A stretch of DNA of 64,000 bases from an uncultured cyanobacterium (lineage in GTDB: Bacteria > Cyanobacteriota > Cyanobacteriia > Cyanobacteriales > CAWUOF01): positions 32,001-96,000 of the forward strand of contig CAVUSO010000001.1 of NCBI GenBank assembly GCA_963744145.1, given 5' to 3'. Below are positions 51,192 to 61,210 of this stretch, in pieces. Made by a program: the position numbers and the translations under genes. Every line of letters begins with the position of its first letter. Position 1 is the first letter of the stretch. Below the pieces are notes generated by a model. That model was not told where the DNA came from and made no database searches. It saw only the letters and a program-made list of their open reading frames with translations.

Positions 51192-52367
51192 ATGCAGGTT
51201 GCTTCAACACTGATTCCCAGCAAGGATTTAGAAGAGCCAATTATCCCTTTAATTGCGACATTAAAAGCTGCGATCGCCGATCATCTGACACCGAATGTTC
51301 AAGCTATTGATCAAGAGGGTTTCTATCCTCGCGAGTTTATGCAGCAGATCGGAAGATTGGGAGGTTTCGCTCAAGCGGTTGCTCCAGAATTTGGTGGAGC
51401 GGGTAAAGGCTTAAAATCCGCCATTCAAGTGATTGAGACAGTTTCCGAAGAATGTTTGTGTACAGGGTTTATGGCTTGGTGCCAAATTGCCTGCGCCTGG
51501 TATATGCAAAATAGCGATAACGCTGATCTCAAGAGAAATATTTTACCCCAGGTTGCATCAGGACAACTGCTCGGCGGCACAGGTTTATCAAACCCAATGA
51601 AGCATTTTGCCAATATTGAAAAGATTGCACTCACAGCGGAACGACGACCAGGGGGCTATGTCCTGAATGGTTTACTACCGTGGGTTTCTAATATTGGTGC
51701 AGGACATCCCTTTGGGATCGCAGCCAAACTTACCGAAGGAGATGATTATCTCATGGCGATCGCCTCCGATCAGTTTCCTGGGTTATCGCTCCGACAAAAT
51801 GCTCACTTTATCGCATTAGAAGGTAGTGGCACTTTTAGCTGTGTCTTCAAAGATGTTTTTATTTCCGATGATTGGGTTTTAGCCGTACCTTGTGAAGACT
51901 ATGTACAGCGAATTCGTCCAGGTTTTATTCTTACCCAAATTGGGATGGGTTTAGGGTTAATCGCTGATTGTATCAATATTATTGAGCGCTATCGTCCTCA
52001 TTTGGGTCATGTAAATTGCTTTCTAGATGATCAAGCCGAAGAACTTAGTGCTGAACTCGCGATCGCTCGTCTTAAAACCTACACCCTAGCAGATCAGTTA
52101 AGTCAACCAGAACTAACTATTACTTCTGATTTACTCAAAGAAGTAATTCAACTGCGGATTGCTGGATCTGAGCTTTCTTTACGGGCTGCTAATGCTGCCA
52201 TGCTTCATGCCGGGGCTCGCGCTTATTTGCAGGGTTCCAAACCTGCTAGACGCTTACGGGAAGCTTACTTTATCGCGATCGTCACCCCTGCGATTAAACA
52301 ACTTAAAAAGATGTTACATCAAATGGAGCAAAATGAACAAGCCTTTGATTGCCTTTCCCACCAATAA
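51192..52367 (+). CDS. Acyl-CoA dehydrogenase-like flavoprotein
   Basis: GGTGLSN, LNG.LPWVSN, HAGA..Y, RRLREAYF.A.VTP. Confidence 0.88.
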   Translation: MQVASTLIPSKDLEEPIIPLIATLKAAIADHLTPNVQAIDQEGFYPREFMQQIGRLGGFAQAVAPEFGGAGKGLKSAIQVIETVSEECLCTGFMAWCQIACAWYMQNSDNADLKRNILPQVASGQLLGGTGLSNPMKHFANIEKIALTAERRPGGYVLNGLLPWVSNIGAGHPFGIAAKLTEGDDYLMAIASDQFPGLSLRQNAHFIALEGSGTFSCVFKDVFISDDWVLAVPCEDYVQRIRPGFILTQIGMGLGLIADCINIIERYRPHLGHVNCFLDDQAEELSAELAIARLKTYTLADQLSQPELTITSDLLKEVIQLRIAGSELSLRAANAAMLHAGARAYLQGSKPARRLREAYFIAIVTPAIKQLKKMLHQMEQNEQAFDCLSHQ

Positions 52368-53154
52368 ACTCTTATCAGATCAGACTATTCCCCTGCTTTC
52401 AGTAGTGAACTTGCAAAAACAGTATAAAACTCGCCAGGGAGATCTGACTGCATTTGATGGGATTAACTTACAGGTGCAATTTAGTGAGGTAGTTTGTTTA
52501 CTTGGTGGGAGTGGATGTGGGAAATCATCCCTGTTAGCAACGATCGCAGGATTACAGAATGCGGATCAGGGTGAAATCTACTTACAAGGTAAAGCAGTCC
52601 GAAAAAGCCATCCCCAGGTTGGTGTAGTATTTCAAGATCCTTGCCTATTACCCTGGTTAAATTTAAGACAAAATATTGCCTTTGGGTTAAAGCTGAAACG
52701 GATGCCACAGCTAACTAAACCAGAACTGCGATCGCGAATTGGAGAAGCGATCGCCCAGGTGGGATTACAAGGTTTTGAACAGAGCTATCCTCATCAGCTT
52801 TCGGGAGGAATGGCGCAACGGGTAGCACTAGCGAGAACTCTAGCACGTCGCCCCCAACTATTGCTATTGGATGAACCCTTCAGTGCCCTCGATGCCATCA
52901 CTCGCTTGGATATGCAAAATCTATTATTACAGATCATCTCCCAGCAACAAACAACCGTCTTAATGGTAACTCACGATATTGACGAAGCCTTACTACTTGG
53001 CGATCGCGTGGTATTAATGGCACGTCATCCAGGACGAATTGATCAGGAATGGGTGATCACTCAACCCAAACCTCGCTTTCAGCAAGCCCATGAACTGACC
53101 CAAACTCGATTTACCATCCTGGAAGCATTATCCAGAGTCATGGAAACCGCTTAG
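52333..53154 (+). CDS. ABC transporter ATPase (nitrate/sulfonate/bicarbonate type)
   Basis: GGSGCGKS, LSGGMAQR, LLLDEPFSALD, VTHD; ATG 52333 likelier than 52159. Confidence 0.95.
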   Translation: MNKPLIAFPTNKLLSDQTIPLLSVVNLQKQYKTRQGDLTAFDGINLQVQFSEVVCLLGGSGCGKSSLLATIAGLQNADQGEIYLQGKAVRKSHPQVGVVFQDPCLLPWLNLRQNIAFGLKLKRMPQLTKPELRSRIGEAIAQVGLQGFEQSYPHQLSGGMAQRVALARTLARRPQLLLLDEPFSALDAITRLDMQNLLLQIISQQQTTVLMVTHDIDEALLLGDRVVLMARHPGRIDQEWVITQPKPRFQQAHELTQTRFTILEALSRVMETA

Positions 53155-53284
53155 GAATGAAAAATAAATAAGTGATGATTTGGTTCGTAGTAAGCGCTGC
53201 CTTCGCTATCATGGCTTACTACAAACGAGCTAGTTATTTAATTTCTATTCCTTAAATCTTGCCATTATTTTAGGAGTCTAAATT

Positions 53285-54514
53285 ATGACTTTGCCTAATA
53301 CCTGCACCTGCTGCGGGATGAGTCGGCGTGACTTTCTGAAGCTCACCAGTTTATTTTCCACATCATTAGGTTTAACTTTAGCTGCGGGTGGTTGTCAAAC
53401 GATCGCACCTCAAGCCAACAATAGCCCTAATTCTCATGCAGATCAACCTGTAAAAATTGGTTATCTACCAATTACCGATGCAGCACCCCTACTAATAGCT
53501 CATGCTAGAAAATTTTATCAAGCAGAAGGGTTAACTGCTGAACCACCGCGCCTATTTCGTTCCTGGGCACAGGTAGTAGAGGCATTTCTAGCCCGTCAGG
53601 TAAATGTCATTCATGTGTTGTCTCCAATTACCATATCCCTACGCTATGGGCGCAAATTTCCTGCCAAAATTGTCGCATGGAACCATATCAATGGGTCTGC
53701 ACTGACAGTTTTGCCCGAAATCGAAACACCGAAAAATCTGGGGGGAAAAACTATCGCTGTTCCCTTTTGGTATTCAATCCATAATGTTGTGCTGCAACAG
53801 GTACTCAAGCGAGAAGGATTGAAAGTAATCCGCAAGCCAAAAGATGCCGCGATTAACCCTGATGAAGTAAATTTGGTAGTGTTACCACCGAGCGATATGG
53901 TGTCAGCATTAGCAAATAAGGCGATCGCTGGTTATATTGTGGCAGAACCATTTAATGCCGCAGCAGAAAACCTGAAAACGGGCAAAATTCTTCGCTTCAC
54001 AGGGGATGTGTGGAAAGATCATGCTTGCTGTGTCGTCTTTCTCCATGAAGATGATATCACCCAACACAAAAAGTGGACTCAAAGCGTAGTTAATGCCATA
54101 GTCAAAGCTCAAGTATGGATTCGAGACAATCGCGAAGAAACAGCCCAGATTTTGTCTAAGGATGGTAGCGGTAAATATACACCCCATCCTCTACCTGTCC
54201 TCCAACGCACTCTCACCTATTACGAAAAAGACTTTTATGGTAAACAGGGAGCGATTCAGCATCCTGATTGGGGGATTAACCGAATTGATTTCCAACCCTA
54301 TCCTTTTCCCTCCTATACGGAAGAATTGATCCGTTTACTAAAGGAGACTCAGGTTGAGGGAGATACGGCTTTCTTGCAAACCCTAGATCCCAAAAATGTT
54401 GCTCAGGATCTCGTGGATGATTCCTTTGTTAAGCAAGCATTGCAGCAAGTCGGCGGATTAAAGACTTTTGGCTTACAGGATAACTTTTCTCGGTCTGAGA
54501 CGATCGCTGTCTAA
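53285..54514 (+). CDS. ABC transporter substrate-binding protein (NrtA/CmpA-like), Tat lipoprotein
   Basis: SRRDFLK twin-arginine motif, lipobox-like AGGC, IGYLPITDA.PL, HACCV. Confidence 0.92.
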   Translation: MTLPNTCTCCGMSRRDFLKLTSLFSTSLGLTLAAGGCQTIAPQANNSPNSHADQPVKIGYLPITDAAPLLIAHARKFYQAEGLTAEPPRLFRSWAQVVEAFLARQVNVIHVLSPITISLRYGRKFPAKIVAWNHINGSALTVLPEIETPKNLGGKTIAVPFWYSIHNVVLQQVLKREGLKVIRKPKDAAINPDEVNLVVLPPSDMVSALANKAIAGYIVAEPFNAAAENLKTGKILRFTGDVWKDHACCVVFLHEDDITQHKKWTQSVVNAIVKAQVWIRDNREETAQILSKDGSGKYTPHPLPVLQRTLTYYEKDFYGKQGAIQHPDWGINRIDFQPYPFPSYTEELIRLLKETQVEGDTAFLQTLDPKNVAQDLVDDSFVKQALQQVGGLKTFGLQDNFSRSETIAV

Positions 54515-54544
54515 ATTGATATCATCTTGTCAGGATTACTCGCC

Positions 54545-55327
54545 ATGACATCAACTTTTAACTCTTCAACACCTTCTTTCCGATTTAAGTTTTCCCTACC
54601 CCTAGCAGGTTTAATTGGTGGTTTAATCATCTGGTGGATTTTGACAACACCGCTCTGGCATAACGATCCAATTGTAGCCGATTTTTCCCCAGAAAGAACA
54701 CTCGCTTCCTTGGTGCAACTTTTTAGTACGGGCACGATTATTCCCCATATCCAAACCAGTTTACGACGGATGTTGGTGGGATTATCGGTAGCGATCGTGA
54801 TCGGGGTTCCCTTGGGAATAGTGCTGGGGTTATCTCGACCCTTAGAACAAACCACCTCTGCATTATTCCAGTTTATTCGGATGATTTCGCCCCTATCCTG
54901 GATGCCCCTCGCTGTGATGGTTTTAGGTATTGGCGACCTACCTGTTTATTTCCTATTGACGATCGCCGCAATTTGGCCCGTGGTCTTAAATACATCCGCA
55001 GGAGTTTTAGCGGTCAATCAAAAATGGTTATTACTTTCTCGTAGTCTTTGTGCAACCCAGTGGGAAACAATTAGTCAAGTGATTATTCCTGCTATTGTAC
55101 CGCACTTACTCACAGGTGTGCGTTTAGCAATTGGGATGATTTGGATTATTCTAGTACCCGCCGAAATGTTAGGTGTTAGTGCAGGATTAGGGTATTATAT
55201 TCTTGATACTCGCGATCGCCTATCCTATTCAGAACTGATGGCAGTGATTTTAATTATTGGTATGATTGGCTATGGTCTAGATAGTATGCTGCGATTTGCC
55301 CATCAGCAATGGACGCATCAACATTAA
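54545..55327 (+). CDS. ABC transporter permease
   Basis: SLRR...G, ISPLSWMP, LVPAEMLG...GLGY. Confidence 0.93.
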   Translation: MTSTFNSSTPSFRFKFSLPLAGLIGGLIIWWILTTPLWHNDPIVADFSPERTLASLVQLFSTGTIIPHIQTSLRRMLVGLSVAIVIGVPLGIVLGLSRPLEQTTSALFQFIRMISPLSWMPLAVMVLGIGDLPVYFLLTIAAIWPVVLNTSAGVLAVNQKWLLLSRSLCATQWETISQVIIPAIVPHLLTGVRLAIGMIWIILVPAEMLGVSAGLGYYILDTRDRLSYSELMAVILIIGMIGYGLDSMLRFAHQQWTHQH

Positions 55328-55348
55328 ACCAGAAGGAGGCACTGATTC

Positions 55349-55927
55349 ATGGGCAATCTCAAACGTACTCGTGAAGATGTGCTATCCGCTGTTTTAGATC
55401 TGATTCACCGACAAGGGTTTCACTCAACGGGTTTAAAAGAATTACTAACCAGTAGTGGCGTTTCTTCAGGTAGTTTCTACAACTATTTTGCCTCGAAGGA
55501 TGAACTAGCTCATGCTTTGATTGACTTTAAGTGGAGCAAACTTAAATCGGTGTTATTTAGTGTGACTCAGCCCGATGCGATCGCCCAGCTTTTTCAGATG
55601 ATTGACATATTAGCAACCATTCATCAAGCTGAAGAACCCTGTGTTGGCTGCTTTCTCGGTAATTTAATTGTAGAATTGTCTGAGCATAATCCGACATTTC
55701 GCCAGCATTTAACTCAAGTTTTTGATGAATGGCAACAAGAAATTGCCAATTTACTCCAAATTGGACGCGCTCAACTTAAACCAGAAATAGATCCAGACAA
55801 GTTAGCACAGCAGCTTTTAAGTGCGATCGAAGGAGCATTACTTTTAGGACGCTTATACAATAACCCAGAGCGTTTACAATATTGTCTAGATGGGAGTCGT
55901 TATTTGTTGCAATCAGCCCTACTGTGA
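55349..55927 (+). CDS. TetR/AcrR family regulator (NemR-like)
   Basis: GF..TGL.ELL...GV..GSFYNYF.SKDEL helix-turn-helix; GCFLGNL..E. Confidence 0.92.
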   Translation: MGNLKRTREDVLSAVLDLIHRQGFHSTGLKELLTSSGVSSGSFYNYFASKDELAHALIDFKWSKLKSVLFSVTQPDAIAQLFQMIDILATIHQAEEPCVGCFLGNLIVELSEHNPTFRQHLTQVFDEWQQEIANLLQIGRAQLKPEIDPDKLAQQLLSAIEGALLLGRLYNNPERLQYCLDGSRYLLQSALL

Positions 55928-56067
55928 TTTACCTTTAAGAGAATTTGCCATCTAAACACTCTCTTCGGAATAACGGACTTAATGCCATGTCTGCTAGACA
56001 ATGGGCGTGACCTGTGGTCATTAACGCATCCATTAGTTCAAAAGTGGCATCTTTGGCTGGACCTAGC

Positions 56068-56093
56068 TAGGGGCGTATGGCCATACGCCCCTA
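56068..56093. repeat. REP-like perfect palindrome
   Basis: TAGGGGCGTATGGCCATACGCCCCTA (26 bp); related copy inside tnpB at 62396-62423. Confidence 0.8.
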
Positions 56094-56387
56094 CATATGC
56101 TTGTTGATGGAATTTGCTCAAGATTATCATAATTCATGGTAGGCAGATTTGAGGTTTTACTAATTCTCAATTTTCTGCCCCCAGGGAACTCTTTGACAAT
56201 CACTTCCCTTTTTCTCTCTTATTAGTCTAAACTCCAGTTAGTGCTTTTATCACTGACTTTCCACAAACCCAAAATTTGAGTTTCGGAACCAGCAATTACC
56301 AAAGCACAACGTCACCCATAGACCAATACGGTTTCATAGATACTTAGAATTTAATTCCACTAATCCGGACTTTAAAGGGACTTAAGA

Positions 56388-57545
56388 ATGTCTAAACAAC
56401 TTACACAAGCATATCTTGACGAATTGAAACAAGTTTTTGATTCCTTTGATACTGATGGTAATGGCTCATTATCACGTTCAGAAGTCACTAATGTCCTGCG
56501 TTCTTTGAGAATGAACCCAAATACTGAAGATATAGAGTCCATTTTCATTAGTGTTGATCAAGATGTAAGCAATACGATAGAGTTTGATGAATTGTCTCAG
56601 TGGATTGCCAATCAAGTTGGGATAACTTCTCAAGACGATTTGTTGGAGCTTTTTCACCTAATTGATTTAGATAACAACGGCACTATCTCAACGGATGAAC
56701 TACGAGAGTTGCTTGATGCCTTGAATATTAACGTCAGTGATCATGACATCGAAACCTTGATACAACAAGCCGATGCCGATAGAAATGACCTCATTGAGTT
56801 CGATGAATTTGTCAAAAGTGCGGGTTTGTGGACTCGGATTAAATTAGCAGTTGGTGTGGTACGTTCCTTTTACGTACAAGCAGAATTTGACTCACTCGCA
56901 CGAGAATATAATCAAATCATCCGTTTGTGGGTTCCTTGGTACGATGAGAGTCTTAGGGCAACGCTGAAATACCTACCAAATCAGTCCGCTGCGCCGCATA
57001 TCCTTGAACTCGGCGGAGGTACTGGCAACCTTACCGCTGCTGTCCTACAACGCTACCAAGAAGCCGATGTTCATGTTGTAGATAGTTCCAGTAAGATGAT
57101 CAATTTTTGTCAGCATCGCTTTGCCAAGAATGGGCAAATCCACCTCTACGAGCAGGACTTCATAACACTGGATTTCAAAGAAGCCTCCTTTGACTACGTT
57201 ATCTCACAACTCACTCTGCATCATTTAAATGATGCCAATAAAAAACAAGTGTTCAAAAATGTACATCGGTGGTTAAAGTCTGATGGCGTATTCTCTTACT
57301 CCGACTGCTTTCGCGGGATTAATAATCAGATAGATGAATTCTATAATGCAGAATGGAAAAGTGCTGCTTATGAGCTAGGAGCAACGGATGAACAATGGAA
57401 TCATTTTTGGGATCACCAGCAACGCTATGACCAACATATCCCTATTACAATAGTCATAGATTGGTTGAGAGAAATTGGCTTTGTGGATATTGATATCACC
57501 TGGCGTTTTTCCAAAGTGGCAAACATTATTGCTCGAAAAGCTTGA
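56388..57545 (+). CDS. Calmodulin-like four EF-hand domain fused to a class I SAM-dependent methyltransferase
   Basis: EF loops DTDGNGSLSRSE, DQDVSNTIEFDE, DLDNNGTISTDE, DADRNDLIEFDE; ILELGGGTG, FDYVIS.L.LHHL, LKSDG. Confidence 0.9.
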   Translation: MSKQLTQAYLDELKQVFDSFDTDGNGSLSRSEVTNVLRSLRMNPNTEDIESIFISVDQDVSNTIEFDELSQWIANQVGITSQDDLLELFHLIDLDNNGTISTDELRELLDALNINVSDHDIETLIQQADADRNDLIEFDEFVKSAGLWTRIKLAVGVVRSFYVQAEFDSLAREYNQIIRLWVPWYDESLRATLKYLPNQSAAPHILELGGGTGNLTAAVLQRYQEADVHVVDSSSKMINFCQHRFAKNGQIHLYEQDFITLDFKEASFDYVISQLTLHHLNDANKKQVFKNVHRWLKSDGVFSYSDCFRGINNQIDEFYNAEWKSAAYELGATDEQWNHFWDHQQRYDQHIPITIVIDWLREIGFVDIDITWRFSKVANIIARKA

Positions 57546-57798
57546 TAATTTCGTCACTGCTTATCGCGGCTTGTCGCATTCATCCTACACCACCTATGAA
57601 GGTTAAGGGTATTCTAGATATTAGAGCACCCTCAACCTTGTGGGCTTTTTGCTTTGATACTGTAGTGAAAAAAGGCTCATGTCAGTTTCAAAATCATCGA
57701 ATAGAATTTGTCCAGCTTCCTCCTGGAATAAAGTTTCAAAGATCAGAGCGGTGTGGACTAAATGCGATCGCCCGTCAAATTCTAAACCCTAATTTTTA

Positions 57799-58500
57799 CT
57801 ATGAAAGTGAGGAGCGATCGCTTGACAACTTCTCGACAAATTCTTGATGTTCTATAGTTGATAACCCTTGTTGGACAACAGTTAAGACTTTTGCCAAATC
57901 ACCTCTTAATAAAGCCGCTCTATCTAACCACAGACCCGGAAAAATTTGAGAGCAAATAACCCCTTCAGGGTTCGATTCAAGTTGAATATATTCCCCATTA
58001 TTTAACCGAAACCAATCGAATTGCTGATCATCAACTCGCCATACTAAATATTCTTGTACCTCGTTGCGACGATAAACGTTTAATTTTTGGTGTAAATCAT
58101 AAGAAGCACTAGAAGCTGCAATTTCCACAATTAATTCTGGCGCACCTTCCACATAGTCATCCTCACTAATGTGCGACTGTCCTCCGATTTCAATTCTTAG
58201 CAGTGCATCTGGTTGTGGTTCATTATCCAGATCAAGACGCACTGTAGTATTATCCAATACTTCCACACCTGGTGTAACCGCTTTGTAAGTACCTAGCCAA
58301 GCCATAATATCAGCATGGGGTTGACCGTGGTGTTTGGCTCTGACAGGAGATGCCATATAAACAATTCCTTCGATTAATTCAGCTTTTTTGAAATCGGGCA
58401 TAGCCTGATAACGACGCTCAAATTCAACCCGGGTGAGGCGATCGCCGTTTTCTAAGGTCGGAATTGTTAATGTCCCAGAAATGGCCTGAGTAGATCTCAT
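57799..58500 (-). CDS. Uma2 family endonuclease
   Basis: AELIEG.V, H, QPDA, PEL.VEIA, K...Y....VQEY. Confidence 0.93.
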   Translation of the reverse strand: MRSTQAISGTLTIPTLENGDRLTRVEFERRYQAMPDFKKAELIEGIVYMASPVRAKHHGQPHADIMAWLGTYKAVTPGVEVLDNTTVRLDLDNEPQPDALLRIEIGGQSHISEDDYVEGAPELIVEIAASSASYDLHQKLNVYRRNEVQEYLVWRVDDQQFDWFRLNNGEYIQLESNPEGVICSQIFPGLWLDRAALLRGDLAKVLTVVQQGLSTIEHQEFVEKLSSDRSSLS

Positions 58501-58762
58501 CAGCTTTCTCTCTTAACTCATTTAACAATTATATAATTTTTGCTAGGTTTAATTTGGAGCTACATAATTGCCTGATCAGCAGGTGATGTTCATCAACCAA
58601 AGGACAAATCAAACAAAATGGAAGCCGCACCAGCTAGAGTTATTTAGTATTTCAACCTCTTCGGAGCAGAAAAATACGATCGCTATGGTTATTTCAAGAT
58701 GCGATCGCCTGCAAATCGGAAAATATGATATAATCTAGCCAATAACTAGAGGTTTGGCCAAG

Positions 58763-59134
58763 ATGAGTACCCAAGTTTCTCTGAACTTACCTGATGAAGT
58801 CTATCGACAAGTGGAACTGCTTGCACATCAAAGCTGCCGTCCGATCGCAGATATTTTAATAGAAACCTTGGAAGTTATCCTCTTACCCAATCCAAAACCC
58901 AGATCAAGCTGATCTGATTCCGAGATAATTGCCCTGAGCCAACTTCGACTACAACCTATCCAAGAAAAACGATTAAGTGAATTACTCGATCGCCAACAAT
59001 CGGGAACAATTACCGAAATTGAAAAAACTGAATTACCAGCGATTATTCATATTTATGAAGATAGATTATTGCGACAATCTCAAGCATTAAATGAAGCTGT
59101 ACGGCGGGGATTGATTGCATCTTTACAGGGATAG
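58763..59134 (+). pseudogene. Small hypothetical (RHH-like N-terminus), in-frame TGA at 58910-58912
   Basis: Reads MSTQVSLNLPDEVYRQVE...RSS*SDSEIIAL...RLSELLDRQQSG...ALNEAVRRGL; absent from the ORF track because of the stop. Confidence 0.65.
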
Positions 59135-59143
59135 TTTTTATTG

Positions 59144-59848
59144 TTAATCTGAAAGTGAGGAGCGATCGCCGGACAACTTCTCGACAAATTCTTGATGTTC
59201 TCTAGTTGATAAACCCTGTTGGACAACCGTTAATACTTTCGCCAAATCACCTCTTAATAAAGCCGCTTTATCTAACCATAAACCGGGAAAGATTTGAGAG
59301 CAAATAACACCTTCCGAGTTCGGTTCAAGTTGAATATATTCCCCATTATTTAGCCTAAACCAATCGAATTCCTGATCATCAACTCGCCAAATTAAATATT
59401 CTTGGACTTGATGACGACGATAAACTGTTAATTTTTTATGTAAATCAATAGAAACTGTACTAGCGGCAATTTCAGCGATCAATTCTGGGGCACCTGCTAC
59501 ATAGCCATCCTGACTAACAGTTGATTGTCCACCAACTTCAATTCTCAGTAGTGCATCTGGTTGAGGTTCGTTATCAAGATCAAGTCTAACTGTACAATTA
59601 TCTCCCAATTGCAGATTAGATGTAAATGCTTTGTAGAAACTTAACCACCCGATAATATCAGCATGAGGTTCACCATGTTGGGTAATTCTCAAGGGAGACG
59701 ACATATAAACAATTCCTTCAATTAATTCAGCTTTTTTGAGATCGGGCATAGCATGATAGCGACGTTCAAATTCAACTCGGGTGAGGCGATCGCCGTTTTC
59801 TAATGTCGGAATTGTTAAAGTTCCAAAAATTGCCTTAGTAGATATCAT
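59144..59848 (-). CDS. Uma2 family endonuclease (paralog)
   Basis: Same motifs; termini near-identical to 57799-58500. Confidence 0.93.
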   Translation of the reverse strand: MISTKAIFGTLTIPTLENGDRLTRVEFERRYHAMPDLKKAELIEGIVYMSSPLRITQHGEPHADIIGWLSFYKAFTSNLQLGDNCTVRLDLDNEPQPDALLRIEVGGQSTVSQDGYVAGAPELIAEIAASTVSIDLHKKLTVYRRHQVQEYLIWRVDDQEFDWFRLNNGEYIQLEPNSEGVICSQIFPGLWLDKAALLRGDLAKVLTVVQQGLSTREHQEFVEKLSGDRSSLSD

Positions 59849-60000
59849 CAGCTTTCTCTCTTAGCTTATGTTGGTTCTGCGACTGGTAAAACAGAAATAT
59901 TTCACACCACCCGAAACACCACCGGACTACCACCACTTTGATAATCAAGTCCAGTCACAATATGTTCTACTTGAATACCTGCGGTAATAAGTGCAGAGGT

Positions 60001-60090
60001 TGGCCAAATAGAATTAATCAGTCAAGCTCAAGCCTTCCCCCAATTTAACGTCCAACAGTTTCCATGTCACTAACAACTCACCCAGCCGAT
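60001..60090 (+). repeat. 90-bp direct repeat, left copy (right copy 61296-61385), flanking the Rpn gene
   Basis: GAATTAATCAGTCA...CAATTTAACGTC(C/T)AACAGTTTCCATGTCACTAACAACTCACCCA in both copies. Confidence 0.85.
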
Positions 60091-60199
60091 CGCGATCGAC
60101 CAAAGTGGGGAAAACTCGGAGCGCGATCGGCTGAAATAGTTGCGTAAAGCGGTAGCGATCGACTAAAATACCTGCTCCTGAAACAGAGCCTCGTCAATC

Positions 60200-61210
60200 A
60201 TGTCCTTTGATAACCTATGTAAACTCATCGCGGAAAAATATCCAACTTCTTTTGCCACTTGGATTTTAGGTGAACCGCAGCCCAGCGTGGAAGTTTTAAA
60301 AACCGAACTGAGTATCGAACCCATTCGAGCTGATTCAGTAATATTTCTGCAAACCCGAGACCGCATCTTACATCTAGAATTCCAGGTCAGACTAGAATCA
60401 GAGCCCCCCTTACCTTTAAGAATGCTAGACTATTGGGTCAGGCTATATCGGTTATACCGCAAGCCAATCATCCAAGTCATAATTTTATTGCTACCACCCA
60501 GCGAAGGAACAGTAATTGAAACTGCATTTGTGTTCGGAACAACTTACCATGAGTATCGGGTAATTCGACTGTGGGAAGAAGACCCGAAGATATTTCTATC
60601 TGATCTAGCGTTACTACCCTTAGCAGCTTTAACCGCCACATCTCAACCAGAACAGTTGCTAGCACAAGTGGCACAACAAGTGGATAGAATAGAATCAGTT
60701 ACAGAGCAGCGAGAAGTATCCGCATACATCCAAATCTTGGCGGGATTAAAGTTTAATCAACAAATTTTGCATCGATTATTTCAGGAGAATGCCATGCGAG
60801 AATCAGTAATTTATCAGGAGATTTTGCAGGTCGGTCGAGCGGAAGGACGCCGGGAAGGACTATTGGAAGGACAACGGTCAGGACGACTGGAAGGACGACT
60901 GGAAGGACAACTGGAAGGACGACTGGAAGGACAACTTGAAGGACGACGGTCAGGACGACAAGAAGGACGACTGGAAGGACGACAAGAAGGACGACAAGAA
61001 GGACGACAAGAAGGACGACTGGAAGGACGTTTGCAGGAACGACGCTTATTGGTAGAGAATTTGCTGCGGATTCGGTTTGGCTCTTTAGAACCAGAACTGG
61101 ATCAGCTCATTGAACCAATGATTGAGTTATCAACCGATGAGTTAGTTCCCTTACTCTATCAATTATCTCAGACTGAACTTTTGGCGAGATTCACTCCCCA
61201 TAATAATTAA
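60200..61210 (+). CDS. Rpn/YhgA-like PD-(D/E)XK nuclease with EGRx tandem repeats
   Basis: D.LCK, IRADS, HLEFQ, RMLDY..RL, MRESVIYQEI; 12-bp repeats at ~60842-61040. Confidence 0.88.
   Translation: MSFDNLCKLIAEKYPTSFATWILGEPQPSVEVLKTELSIEPIRADSVIFLQTRDRILHLEFQVRLESEPPLPLRMLDYWVRLYRLYRKPIIQVIILLLPPSEGTVIETAFVFGTTYHEYRVIRLWEEDPKIFLSDLALLPLAALTATSQPEQLLAQVAQQVDRIESVTEQREVSAYIQILAGLKFNQQILHRLFQENAMRESVIYQEILQVGRAEGRREGLLEGQRSGRLEGRLEGQLEGRLEGQLEGRRSGRQEGRLEGRQEGRQEGRQEGRLEGRLQERRLLVENLLRIRFGSLEPELDQLIEPMIELSTDELVPLLYQLSQTELLARFTPHNN

Noticed and set aside
52159-52332. N-terminal extension of the ABC ATPase
   Set aside because: Overlaps the dehydrogenase gene by about 200 bp and lacks ATPase-like sequence; ATG 52333 fits better.
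58910-58912. Selenocysteine or programmed readthrough at the in-frame TGA
   Set aside because: No redox-Cys context or obvious SECIS-like hairpin; a nonsense mutation is simpler. The TAA at 49226 is treated likewise.
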